Assembly: GCA_037443085.1 (NCBI GenBank)
Contig: JBBIPA010000004.1
Coordinates: 15,353-79,352, forward strand
DNA length: 64,000 nucleotides
Reading direction: 5' to 3'
Source: Chloroflexota bacterium
GTDB taxonomy: Bacteria; Chloroflexota; Dehalococcoidia; GIF9; UBA5629
Of the stretch, positions 27,384-39,546 are shown piece by piece. The position numbers were made by a program, and so were the translations under genes. Below the pieces are notes generated by a model. The model had not been told where the DNA came from, ran no database searches, and saw only the letters and a program-made list of their open reading frames with translations. Numbering within the stretch: the stretch's first letter is position 1; the number at the start of each line of letters is the position of its first letter.

Positions 27384-28664
27384 ATGGATAGAACTTTAGT
27401 AGACACCTGCTACCAAAAATCTGTAGAGCTGCTGAAGAAAAACTCGCTGCCGCAAGGATTTGTGGCTTCGTCGGCTACCCCCCACTATGCTGCTATTTGG
27501 GCGCGGGATGCCTGCATCACTGCCATCGGCGCGAACCTAACAGAAGACAAGGAGTTGCTCCAAACATCGAAGAACACCCTGCTGACACTGGCCAGGCTGC
27601 AAGCGCCTATGGGGCAGATTCCCGCGGTGTACTGGCCGCAGCGCAGCTACTGGGACTGGGGCGAAGCCGGGGCTACCGATGCCTCTGCCTGGTTCATCAT
27701 CGCCGTCGAGCACTACTACCAGACCAGCCACGACAAGAAGCTGCTGAAGGAGCTGTACCCCTCGGTACAGAAAGCCTTCTGCTGGCTGCGCTCCCAGGAT
27801 GCCAGCAATATCGGCCTCATTGATTCGCCGCAGGCCGGCGACTGGATGGACTCTACGCTCAACCGCGGCGGCAAGGTGATGTATGTGAACGCACTGTACT
27901 ACTGGGCAGCATTGGCTATCAGGGGACTGGGACGAGATCTGAAAGATAAAAACACAAGCGCTGACGTCGCTGACATTAAATTCAAGTTTAATCTGCTTTT
28001 CTGGCCGCCGGTGGACAGTGACTACTCCGACCTGCTACGGCATGTCGGCTATCCTAAAAATGCCCAGGCCAGCTTTCCGCACCCCTGCTCCCTTGCCGCC
28101 TATCAGGAGGCCACCAGAGATAGACGTTTCTACCTGTCCCATGTGGCTTACGGCACCTTCGCCGATGTCTGCGACGTGCTGGGCAACTCGCTGGCTATCA
28201 TGTTTGACCTGGCTGACCAGCAGCAAGCAGCTTCCATACTGCGCTACTTTAGCGACCGTGCCGTTTCCCAGCCCTATCCCGCCAAATGCCTGGCTGAACC
28301 GGTGACGGGGCAAAACGACCGCTGGGGCATGCTCAAATCTAACGTAGAACAGTTTCAATCTCCCCCCTGGCGCAATCCCCCCTATTGCTACCATAATGCC
28401 GGCGTCTGGCCCTTCGTCGGCGGCTGCTACGTCCTGGCACTCGCCCGCAGCGGGCAGGCTGACCTGGCGCGGGCTGAGCTTGCCCGATTGGCCGCAGCCA
28501 ATAAGCTGGGCACGCAGGGCGACTGGGAGTTCCCCGAGTGGTTGCATGCTCAGACCGCAGCACCATCAGGCGCCAAGTACCAGAGCTGGAACGCCGCCAC
28601 CTTTATCATGGCGTACCATGCTATTTCGGCAGGAAAGCCAGTATTCCGCCGCGAACGGCGATGA
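27384..28664 (+). CDS. (alpha/alpha)6-barrel glycoside hydrolase, glycogen-debranching-enzyme C-terminal (GDE_C)/GH100-like family
   Basis: 426 aa; family assigned from overall sequence character (WARDACI, DWMD, acidic catalytic-type residues); exact specificity not determinable by eye. Confidence 0.45.
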   Translation: MDRTLVDTCYQKSVELLKKNSLPQGFVASSATPHYAAIWARDACITAIGANLTEDKELLQTSKNTLLTLARLQAPMGQIPAVYWPQRSYWDWGEAGATDASAWFIIAVEHYYQTSHDKKLLKELYPSVQKAFCWLRSQDASNIGLIDSPQAGDWMDSTLNRGGKVMYVNALYYWAALAIRGLGRDLKDKNTSADVADIKFKFNLLFWPPVDSDYSDLLRHVGYPKNAQASFPHPCSLAAYQEATRDRRFYLSHVAYGTFADVCDVLGNSLAIMFDLADQQQAASILRYFSDRAVSQPYPAKCLAEPVTGQNDRWGMLKSNVEQFQSPPWRNPPYCYHNAGVWPFVGGCYVLALARSGQADLARAELARLAAANKLGTQGDWEFPEWLHAQTAAPSGAKYQSWNAATFIMAYHAISAGKPVFRRERR

Positions 28665-28768
28665 AGATGTGGCGCCATGATATAATAGCAGCCATGCTGC
28701 CGTGAAGAACCACAAATGGGCAAGCTGATAGCTAGGGTATCAGCCGAGCTTATCACAAGGAGGTTACA

Positions 28769-29623
28769 GTGAACCTGACCGCTAAAGTAAAAGAGCGCGC
28801 CAGAGCGCTGGGAGCTGACCTGGTGGGCATAGCTCCGGTGGAGCGTTTTGATGCCGCCCCCGACTCAGGAAAGCCCCAGTATTATATGCCAGAGGCTAAA
28901 AGCGTCATCGTCATCGCTACCCGCATACTGAAAGGTATCTGCGACGTTTTCGGGTCGTTCGAGGCAGAAGGCAAAACCATCAGCCCCCATTTCTGGCACG
29001 GCTATTCACAACTGAACTGGGCTAACTCCTGGATAGCCATCCAGGTGGGCATATTGCTGGAAGACAACGGCTATAAAGCCCTGCCGTTCCCACCCACCGG
29101 CATTCACTACCGTCATATCGATAAAAACGAAGACCTCCCCGATTTCTACAATAAGCATGCGGCAGTGGCTGCCGGCTTGGGCGAGTTCGGGCTGAATAGA
29201 TTGCTGTTAACGCCTCAATTCGGCGCCCATCAGAGGCTGATCCCCGTGGTGACCAGTGCCCCCCTCGACCCCGACCCCATGTACCGCGGGCCCCAGCTCT
29301 GCCGTCCCGAAGAATGTAACCGTTTTTGCGTCAGGACCTGCCCGGTGAAGGCGTTCCAGGATAAACCGGTCTCCGTCAACATCGGCGGCCGGGTTTTTGA
29401 ATACCCCACCCTGAATTCGCAGCGATGCAAGTTTCAGAGCCTCGGCGGCAAATACATGCGGGGCAAAGCCATGTTCCCAGCACTGCCATCCGATGAAGAG
29501 CTGCCCGAGATTATGAAAAATCTGATGCAAAAGATGAATCCGCATGACCGGACTTTCCACATGTTTACCTTCGGCCCTGCCTGCGGCGATTGCTATGTGA
29601 AATGCCCGGCACCATGGAAGTAA
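28769..29623 (+). CDS. Epoxyqueuosine reductase (QueG)/reductive-dehalogenase superfamily-like protein, short form with non-canonical Cys motifs
   Basis: N-terminus ARALGADLVGIAPVERF is QueG/RdhA-like. The Cys clusters CRPEECNRFCVRTCP and CGDCYVKCP are not standard CxxCxxCxxxCP. GTG start after AAGGAGG. Confidence 0.4.
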   Translation: MNLTAKVKERARALGADLVGIAPVERFDAAPDSGKPQYYMPEAKSVIVIATRILKGICDVFGSFEAEGKTISPHFWHGYSQLNWANSWIAIQVGILLEDNGYKALPFPPTGIHYRHIDKNEDLPDFYNKHAAVAAGLGEFGLNRLLLTPQFGAHQRLIPVVTSAPLDPDPMYRGPQLCRPEECNRFCVRTCPVKAFQDKPVSVNIGGRVFEYPTLNSQRCKFQSLGGKYMRGKAMFPALPSDEELPEIMKNLMQKMNPHDRTFHMFTFGPACGDCYVKCPAPWK

Positions 29624-29632
29624 AGGATAGCC

Positions 29633-30313
29633 ATGCCTGAAATCATTGCCGTGTTCGACCTGGAAGGCACGCTGTGCCAGGGCGGACAGCTCATCTGGCG
29701 AGCCTTCATCAAGAGATGCTATCAGCAGCGCGGCGGCATCTTCAGAATCATCAGGTATATCATCTCCCAGACGGTGCTTGCCTATCTGCACAAGCTGGGA
29801 CTGAGGAGCGAACAGAGCACCCGCGTCAACGCCATCAAAGGCATGGCTACCCTGCTCAACGGGCTGAGCCGCAATGAAATGAGCCAGTTCGCCGAACTGC
29901 TGGCGGATCAGGTCACGGCAACGCTGCGCCCCGATACCGCCGGGTTGCTTAAAAAGCACCGCGGGCAGGGGCACCAGGTGATACTGGTTTCCAATTTGTT
30001 CCAGCCACTGCTGGAAGCGGTGGGGCGGAGGCTGGGGATACACCACATCGTGGGCACCGGACTGGAACTGAACAGCACCGTCTACAGCGGGCGGGTATCC
30101 ACCCCCATCTGCAATGACAAGCAGCGAGCCACCATGATTAAACAGTACCTGCGGCAGGCGGGGATTGAGGTCGACTTTGGACAGAGCTACGCCTACGGCG
30201 ACACCAAGTGGGACAAACCCGTGCTGGAGCTGGCAGGGCATCCGGTGGCGGTCTACCCCGACGAGGAGCTAAGAGCATATGCACAGAGTCGTAGCTGGCA
30301 GGTTATAGGATAG
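29633..30313 (+). CDS. HAD-superfamily hydrolase, subfamily IB (phosphoserine-phosphatase-like)
   Basis: 226 aa; motif I FDLEGTL; HAD-IB size and layout. Confidence 0.6.
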   Translation: MPEIIAVFDLEGTLCQGGQLIWRAFIKRCYQQRGGIFRIIRYIISQTVLAYLHKLGLRSEQSTRVNAIKGMATLLNGLSRNEMSQFAELLADQVTATLRPDTAGLLKKHRGQGHQVILVSNLFQPLLEAVGRRLGIHHIVGTGLELNSTVYSGRVSTPICNDKQRATMIKQYLRQAGIEVDFGQSYAYGDTKWDKPVLELAGHPVAVYPDEELRAYAQSRSWQVIG

Positions 30314-30460
30314 CCCCCTCCCCTCCATTTTCGTCATTCTGAGTCCGCCGCAGGCGGACGAGAGAATCTCTTCACTACACATTACCTTTCCCATTCCAGA
30401 GGCTGGTGCAGGTGTGGAAGGGTCGCCATTCGGCTCCCGTGAAGCGATGGCTGCGGGCGA

Positions 30461-33661
<3,201 letters not shown>

Positions 33662-33800
33662 GCTGGAGCCTCCTTGAACGTGCTACCTGGGCGAATAACA
33701 ATACAGACAAGAAACAGCGCTAAACCTCCACCCCACAGGCCGCGTCAATTATAGCACAGAGGGAGGAGAACTTACTATTCATGTAAGAAAGGCAAGGGAA

Positions 33801-34214
33801 CTATACTCGATAGCAGACTTCGGGGAGCTTCTTGTCCGGGTTACTGGCGCGGACGTAGCGGAGCATGTGGCTGACATAGGTGATGACCAGTCCCGCCAAA
33901 TCCTCGCCCGACACGAGGTTCAGGCGCTCACCAGAGAACAATACCCTGAGGTTACCGGGAAATTCATCATCGGCACGATTATACACGAAATGCACCACCA
34001 CTCCGGGATAAATCTCTTTGCTCACCGCCCAGTCCTCTTTGATGCCTAAGGATTCAACCTTGCCACCGATGAAGTCAGCCAATCCTGCCACATCGGTGAC
34101 AAACCCCAGAGCCTCCTGGCGGAGTTTCAAGGCTCTTGCAATTTGCCCGGAATGAGGGCTGACAGCGCCCTCGATTTCCTTGAGGCTGACCAGCTTTGTT
34201 ACGTTATCTGCCAT
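33801..34214 (-). CDS. Hypothetical protein at the distal end of the CODH/ACS operon
   Basis: 137 aa from ATG 34214 (the ORF track begins at TTG 34220); AAAGGAA RBS; no recognisable motif. Confidence 0.4.
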   Translation of the reverse strand: MADNVTKLVSLKEIEGAVSPHSGQIARALKLRQEALGFVTDVAGLADFIGGKVESLGIKEDWAVSKEIYPGVVVHFVYNRADDEFPGNLRVLFSGERLNLVSGEDLAGLVITYVSHMLRYVRASNPDKKLPEVCYRV

Positions 34215-34229
34215 AGCCAATTCCTTTCG

Positions 34230-34799
34230 CTACTTGTTGCCGGCAGGGCTTGTTTCCACAGGATAGCCGGCCTCTTTCCAGGCACTATACCCGCCTTTCA
34301 ACACCTTCAGGTTCAAAACACCTTTGTCAACCAGTTCCAGTGCCGCACGGGCACTTGTCCGCTCATTTGGTCAGGCTCAGTAGAGTACCAGCTCTCTATC
34401 AGGAGGGGCTGTCCATTCTCCTGCAGTGATGGCAGCCATCGGTGCCGATACCGCCCCTTTGATATGGTCAACATCATATTCTCCCTTAGACCGGTTGTCC
34501 ACAACCAGGATGTTCGCCCCGCTCTCCACTTTTTGCCGGAGTTCCTCTATGGTGATGCGGGGCACCATGTCCGAGGGCGAGGGTTTGTCAGAAGGCTGGC
34601 TCTGGGCTGGGGCTGGTGGAGGTTGTGGCGCAGCCGGCGCTGGTGCTGGCACAGGTTGAACGTCTACCGGGCATGTCCCGGCAGATTGCCCCGGGGCTAA
34701 TGCTGGCACCGGCGATGCACAGGCAATAACGGGAACCAGAAAAATCAGGACGATTAAAGATATCAATCGGTTCACTATCGCTCTTCTGCTTATCCCCAA
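34230..34799 (-). CDS. Exported rhodanese-domain lipoprotein with two in-frame TGA codons at and next to the catalytic position (candidate selenoprotein or nonsense-disrupted gene)
   Basis: Signal peptide with lipobox VIAC and a Pro/Ala-rich linker lead into a rhodanese fold (ILVVDNRSKGEYDVDHIKGA...RELVLY). Next come TGA(34377..34379)-GCC-TGA(34371..34373), then in the same frame PNERTSARAALELVDKGVLNLKVLKGGYSAWKEAGYPVE, ending at stop 34230..34232. Confidence 0.5.
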
Positions 34800-34805
34800 C
34801 GCTGC

Positions 34806-35561
34806 TCACAGCCCGAATTTGGTTAAGACTTCCTGAGCCCCCACCCGCAGCGGTGAGCCTTCCGGGAGCTCGGGTATCGGTTTCCCTTTGATTTCCAGTT
34901 CGGGCAGGTTGGGGTCCTCAGGTATAGTAGCGATAAGGTTAAGCCCAAAGTCCTTGATTGCCTGGGCTAACTCCGGCGGCAGGCCATTTTTCAGCCGGTT
35001 CACCACCAGGCCGACCTTGCCCACCCTGGTTCGCATCTCCTTAATCAGGTCCTTCACCCTAGCTGCGGCAGTAAGCCCGCGCATGGTAGGGTCGGTAACC
35101 ACCAGCAAATAATCGACATCCTGCGTGGTCTGGCGGCTGATATGCTCCAGGCCGGCTTCACTATCGACCACCACGTAGTCGTAGTTTTTGGCCAGGCGGT
35201 CAATGGACACGCGCAGTATATGGTTGGCGGCACAGTAGCAGCCCGGGCCTTCCGGACGTCCCATAGCCAGCAGGTCAACTTTGGACGACTCCACCAGTGC
35301 CTCTCGAATTTTCCTGTCGAGAAGGTCCTGCTTGGAAACACCGGGGTTGGCACGTCCCTTGGTTATTTCTTCGGTCACGTCCTCGCGGGCATCACCGACT
35401 GTCGCTTCCAGCGGCAATCCCAGGGCATTATTGAGGTTGGTGCTGGGGTCAGCATCGATAGCCAGTACCACTCCTTTCCTGGATAATAAGTCGATAAGCA
35501 TCGAGGAAATAGCGGTCTTGCCCACACCGCCTTTCCCGGCTACGGTAAACGTTTTGGTCAT
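34806..35561 (-). CDS. cooC: CooC/AcsF-type Ni-insertion ATPase (ParA/MinD family)
   Basis: 251 aa; deviant Walker A AGKGGVGKT; operon context with CODH/ACS. Confidence 0.75.
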   Translation of the reverse strand: MTKTFTVAGKGGVGKTAISSMLIDLLSRKGVVLAIDADPSTNLNNALGLPLEATVGDAREDVTEEITKGRANPGVSKQDLLDRKIREALVESSKVDLLAMGRPEGPGCYCAANHILRVSIDRLAKNYDYVVVDSEAGLEHISRQTTQDVDYLLVVTDPTMRGLTAAARVKDLIKEMRTRVGKVGLVVNRLKNGLPPELAQAIKDFGLNLIATIPEDPNLPELEIKGKPIPELPEGSPLRVGAQEVLTKFGL

Positions 35562-35738
35562 ATTGGCTCCTTTTTAACTCTCACCCCTGACCCCTTTCTC
35601 CACCCCTTCAACCTCCTCTTATACGGAAGAGGTCGTACTTTCAGACTCTGGACTTAAACTACCCAAGTGATGATTGTAACACCTTGTGCTAGTTAAGTAA
35701 AAGAACTTTAGTCACATCATTTGCAGCAATAAGAAGAG

Positions 35739-37673
35739 TCATGTGGAGCTTTTGACCTCGGCGGGAGGGACCAGGCTGGGTGGCGACAGCTTGACCACAG
35801 CGTTGTATTCCTTGGGACAGACCAGCTTGCAACTACTGCATTTAGTGCACTTGGTCTGGTCGATTACCTTGATGCCTTTTTCATTGGATTTAATTGCCTC
35901 CGCGGGGCAGGCCAGAACACAGTGCTCGCAGGCACGCTGGCACTTTTCCGGGAGGATATAGTAAGCGATAAGCTCTTTGCACACCAGCGCCGGGCAGCGT
36001 TTCTCCAGAATATGCGCGGCAAACTCGTCACGGAAATAGCGAATTGAGGTCAGCACGGGATTGGGCGCCGTCTGCCCCAGCCCGCAGAGGGAGCCATTCT
36101 TAATATCCTCGCCCAGCTCCACCAGCAAATCAAGTTGCTCCATGGTGCCTTTGCCGGTGGTGATATCCTCCAGAATATCCAGCATCTGCTTGGTGCCCAG
36201 CCGGCAATGGGTGCATTTGCCGCAGGACTCTTTCTGGGTGAAATCGATAAAGAACCTGGCGGTATCCACCATGCAGTTGTCCTCATCCATGGCAATGACA
36301 CCGCCGGAGCCCATAATGGCGCCAGCCTTACGCAGCGAATCGAAATCAACCGGCGTCTCCAGCATACTTTCAGGCAGACAGCCACCTGACGGGCCACCGA
36401 TTTGCACCGCCTTGAACTTTTTCTTATCCCTGATGCCGCCGCCGATATCGAAAATCAGCTCGTGCAGAGTTGAGCCCATGACCACCTCCGCCAATCCAGT
36501 GTTCACCAGCTTGCCCGCCAGGGCAAACACGGCAGTTCCTTTACTGCCGCTGGTGCCCATGCCGGCGAACCAGACCGCCCCATGCTCCAGTATCAGCGGG
36601 ACATAGGCAAAGGTCTTTACATTGTTAAGAACAGTGGGCTTGCCCCATAAGCCTGCCTTTACTGAGTACGGAGGCCTGGAACGGGGCATGCTCCGTTTCC
36701 CTTCGATGGCATACATCAGCGCTGTGGACTCACCGGCGACAAAAGCGCCGGCTCCCTCAGCTATTTCTATATTGAGGCTGTAATTGCTGCCCAGGATCTT
36801 GTCCCCTAAAAAACCGTAATCCTTTGCCTGCGCCAGAGCCATCTTCAGCCGCTCGATAGCCAGCGGATACTCCGCCCTGATATAAATAAAGCCCTGGTGC
36901 GCATCGATAGCATGGCCCGCGATAATCATGCCTTCCAGCACCTGATGCGGGTCGCTTTCCAGGATAACCCTGTCCATGAACGCCCCGGGGTCGCCTTCAT
37001 CAGCATTGCAGATGATATACCGGGGCTGGACTTCAGCCAGCCGGCACTGCTCCCATTTCTCTCCGGTGGGGAAACCAGCGCCACCCCGACCCCGCAAGCC
37101 CGACTTCTTTACCTCTTCGATGATAACCACGGGGTCCATATTCAATGCTTTTACCAGGCTGCTGTAGCCGCCGTTAGCAATATAATGCTCGATATTCACC
37201 GGACTGATATAGCCGCAGTTGCGCAGTATCAGCCGGTATTCGTGCTCAAAGCGGGATAGCTCGGGAATATAAACCGCCTTGCCGTCTCCACCAGCGACAG
37301 TGCCCAGCGCCAGGTCGAGGCAGGGGTCATCGCCCATCACATAGCCATCGACCAGAGTGGGGATAATTTGAGGGCTGACATGGTGGTAGCAGACGGTAAA
37401 GGCACCGGGTTTGATTATGGTAACCAGCGGCTCCAGGGAGCAAAGCCCCAGGCAACCTACTTCAGATACTATGGCTCTGGCATTCTGCCGCATCAGCTCG
37501 TTCCTTAGAGCATCGAGCACCTTCAACGAACCGGCGGCGCGACCACAACTGGCGGTGCCCACCAGGATATGGGGAATTTCACCATGGTACAGGGAATCCC
37601 AGTTGGATTTTGCCTGTTTTTGAATTTGGTCAAAGGTTAACAACCTCTCACCCCTGCCGCCTCTCTCCTTCAA
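35739..37673 (-). CDS. NuoF/HoxF/HndC-family flavoprotein (NAD(H)-binding, FMN; N-terminal thioredoxin-like 2Fe-2S region; C-terminal 2x[4Fe-4S] ferredoxin domain)
   Basis: 644 aa; NuoF core (GRGGAGFPTG, 4Fe-4S CGKCTHC region), C-terminal CxxCxxCxxxCP pairs. Confidence 0.75.
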   Translation of the reverse strand: MKERGGRGERLLTFDQIQKQAKSNWDSLYHGEIPHILVGTASCGRAAGSLKVLDALRNELMRQNARAIVSEVGCLGLCSLEPLVTIIKPGAFTVCYHHVSPQIIPTLVDGYVMGDDPCLDLALGTVAGGDGKAVYIPELSRFEHEYRLILRNCGYISPVNIEHYIANGGYSSLVKALNMDPVVIIEEVKKSGLRGRGGAGFPTGEKWEQCRLAEVQPRYIICNADEGDPGAFMDRVILESDPHQVLEGMIIAGHAIDAHQGFIYIRAEYPLAIERLKMALAQAKDYGFLGDKILGSNYSLNIEIAEGAGAFVAGESTALMYAIEGKRSMPRSRPPYSVKAGLWGKPTVLNNVKTFAYVPLILEHGAVWFAGMGTSGSKGTAVFALAGKLVNTGLAEVVMGSTLHELIFDIGGGIRDKKKFKAVQIGGPSGGCLPESMLETPVDFDSLRKAGAIMGSGGVIAMDEDNCMVDTARFFIDFTQKESCGKCTHCRLGTKQMLDILEDITTGKGTMEQLDLLVELGEDIKNGSLCGLGQTAPNPVLTSIRYFRDEFAAHILEKRCPALVCKELIAYYILPEKCQRACEHCVLACPAEAIKSNEKGIKVIDQTKCTKCSSCKLVCPKEYNAVVKLSPPSLVPPAEVKSST

Positions 37674-37691
37674 TAAGGAGATAAGAGAAGC

Positions 37692-38171
37692 CTATTGTTG
37701 CTCCTGTGTCACTGGTTTAATGGTTACCAGCACTTCCTCCACTTTCTGGGCATTCATCCTGGGGTGGACGGTTTCATCTATGACCACCACCGGAGCCAGC
37801 GCACAGCAGCCAACGCAGGCTACCCGGTCCAGGCTGAACTCTTTATTTTCGGTAATGCCCCCCACATCGACTTTCAGCTCCCGTGCCATGGCTTCCAGGA
37901 CCAGCTTGCCACCAGCCAGATGGCAGGCAGTGCCCATGCACACGTTCACCGGATGCTTTCCCAGTGGACTGAAACGGAACTGATTATAAAAAGTGGCGAC
38001 GCCGTAGACTGCCGTCCCCGGGATTTCCAGGAACTCAGCAATCTTCAGCATCGCCTCTTTAGAGATATATCCTAACTTTTTCTGGACAGCCTGGAGAAGC
38101 GAAATTAAGTAGCGCCTGTCTTTTTTATCAGGTGTCAGGACATCCGATAGCTGCTTCTCTAGTTCTTCCAC
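37692..38171 (-). CDS. NuoE/HoxE-type thioredoxin-like [2Fe-2S] ferredoxin
   Basis: 159 aa; CMGTAC...CVGCC cysteine pattern of NuoE 24-kDa subunits. Confidence 0.75.
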   Translation of the reverse strand: MEELEKQLSDVLTPDKKDRRYLISLLQAVQKKLGYISKEAMLKIAEFLEIPGTAVYGVATFYNQFRFSPLGKHPVNVCMGTACHLAGGKLVLEAMARELKVDVGGITENKEFSLDRVACVGCCALAPVVVIDETVHPRMNAQKVEEVLVTIKPVTQEQQ

Positions 38172-39526
38172 TGTTTCACGAGAGATGGCAGGTAAGCTGG
38201 TATCTCGCTGGCTTCCCTGGGCCCAACGATAATCTCCCAGCCCGGCAGAGCTTCTTCCAGCTCTCCCTTGATGCGGGCTACTTTGCCGGGGATAACCAGC
38301 TTCCGGTGCTTGACCTTGCCTTCAACCCCATACTTCTTCACATAGGGGCCGATGGAATCACCGCTGAATTTACCAGCCGCCCAGCCGGTGAGCACACCCA
38401 GTCCTTCAGTGTCCTTGACGCAGAGCCAGGACGGTATCTTGCTGCCTTCCACTTCCGAGGCTACAATGAAGTAGGTCAGTGCCCAGTTGCTGGTGATCAG
38501 GACAGGCGAGTTCTCATTCGGCTCACCTATTTCGTAGACCTTTTCTTCCACGGACATCGGTATGCGCGGGTCGGTGTAGATATTTAGCCTCAGCACCAGC
38601 AAAGGCAGCAATGAGCTGGCATCAAAATCAGAAAGAACGATAATGCCGGGATACTTGATAACAAACATCGCCGCCAGCAGCACTTCCCTCATCTTGTCCT
38701 TAGCCATGAAGCAGGGGAAACCAATGGTGGGATAGCCCAGCGCCCGGAAGCTCTGCTTCAAAGCCGCCCGGCGAATGAAAGTCTGGTCTTTGATCGCATC
38801 CAGCATATTTCGTGAGCCGGGGTCAAGCACTATCTCGTCTAGTCCGGCTTCCTTCAATTTGGTGGTAAGAGGTATCAGCTCCTCGATGCTCTTGCCTCTA
38901 ACCGCCACTGGCGTCGGCGACCCCTTAATGCCAGCAATTACTTTGTCGATATTATCACTGGTAACCGGATAGAGCAAGGGTTTCTTGTCACCGCAGATGG
39001 CTCGTGCGGCCAGCAGGGCGTCGGTATCCTCACTGATGAGGACGATGGGGAAGTCAGCGCTGCTGCACACTTTCTTTACCAGGGCTTCGAATTTTGCTTT
39101 GTCTCCTGACTCGAACTGAAGCGCCAAGAGGTTTGCCTTCAAGGTCACGCCCACCCAGGGGAACTGCAATTCCTTAAGCTTCTTCATCTTCTCGTCAACT
39201 CTGGCGTCGGGCTCTTTATCTGAAATAAGCAGGGCAATGCCCGGCTTATTCACAAAGGTCTTTTCATGTCGGTAGATAACTTCCTCATTGCCGATTTTCA
39301 GAGCATTACTGCCTGAGCCGATGGTAACCAGCTTCACTGGCGGTGCCAGGGCATCTTCCAGTTCAGCCTTTACTTCTGGAGCCAGATAAGGGCATTTATC
39401 CACGGTAGCACCACCGCTCGCCAGCTTCATGGCAAAAGCAAAGCAGGTGGGAAAGCCACATTCGCGACAGTTCTTTTTACCGGCATCAGGAAGCCTCTTG
39501 ACGACATCAGTTCCTTTAAGTGCCAT
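38159..39526 (-). CDS. acsC: Corrinoid iron-sulfur protein large subunit (AcsC/CdhE, gamma)
   Basis: 455 aa; N-terminal [4Fe-4S] motif CRECGFPTCFAFAMKL...DKCPY followed by a TIM-barrel/corrinoid-binding region. Confidence 0.75.
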   Translation of the reverse strand: MALKGTDVVKRLPDAGKKNCRECGFPTCFAFAMKLASGGATVDKCPYLAPEVKAELEDALAPPVKLVTIGSGSNALKIGNEEVIYRHEKTFVNKPGIALLISDKEPDARVDEKMKKLKELQFPWVGVTLKANLLALQFESGDKAKFEALVKKVCSSADFPIVLISEDTDALLAARAICGDKKPLLYPVTSDNIDKVIAGIKGSPTPVAVRGKSIEELIPLTTKLKEAGLDEIVLDPGSRNMLDAIKDQTFIRRAALKQSFRALGYPTIGFPCFMAKDKMREVLLAAMFVIKYPGIIVLSDFDASSLLPLLVLRLNIYTDPRIPMSVEEKVYEIGEPNENSPVLITSNWALTYFIVASEVEGSKIPSWLCVKDTEGLGVLTGWAAGKFSGDSIGPYVKKYGVEGKVKHRKLVIPGKVARIKGELEEALPGWEIIVGPREASEIPAYLPSLVKQWKN

Positions 39527-39546
39527 GTCAATCCTCCTAGTTTATG

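Noticed and set aside
34313-34504. 63-aa minus-strand ORF inside the rhodanese locus
   Set aside because: Different frame from the clear rhodanese reading frame; an artefact of the TGA interruptions.
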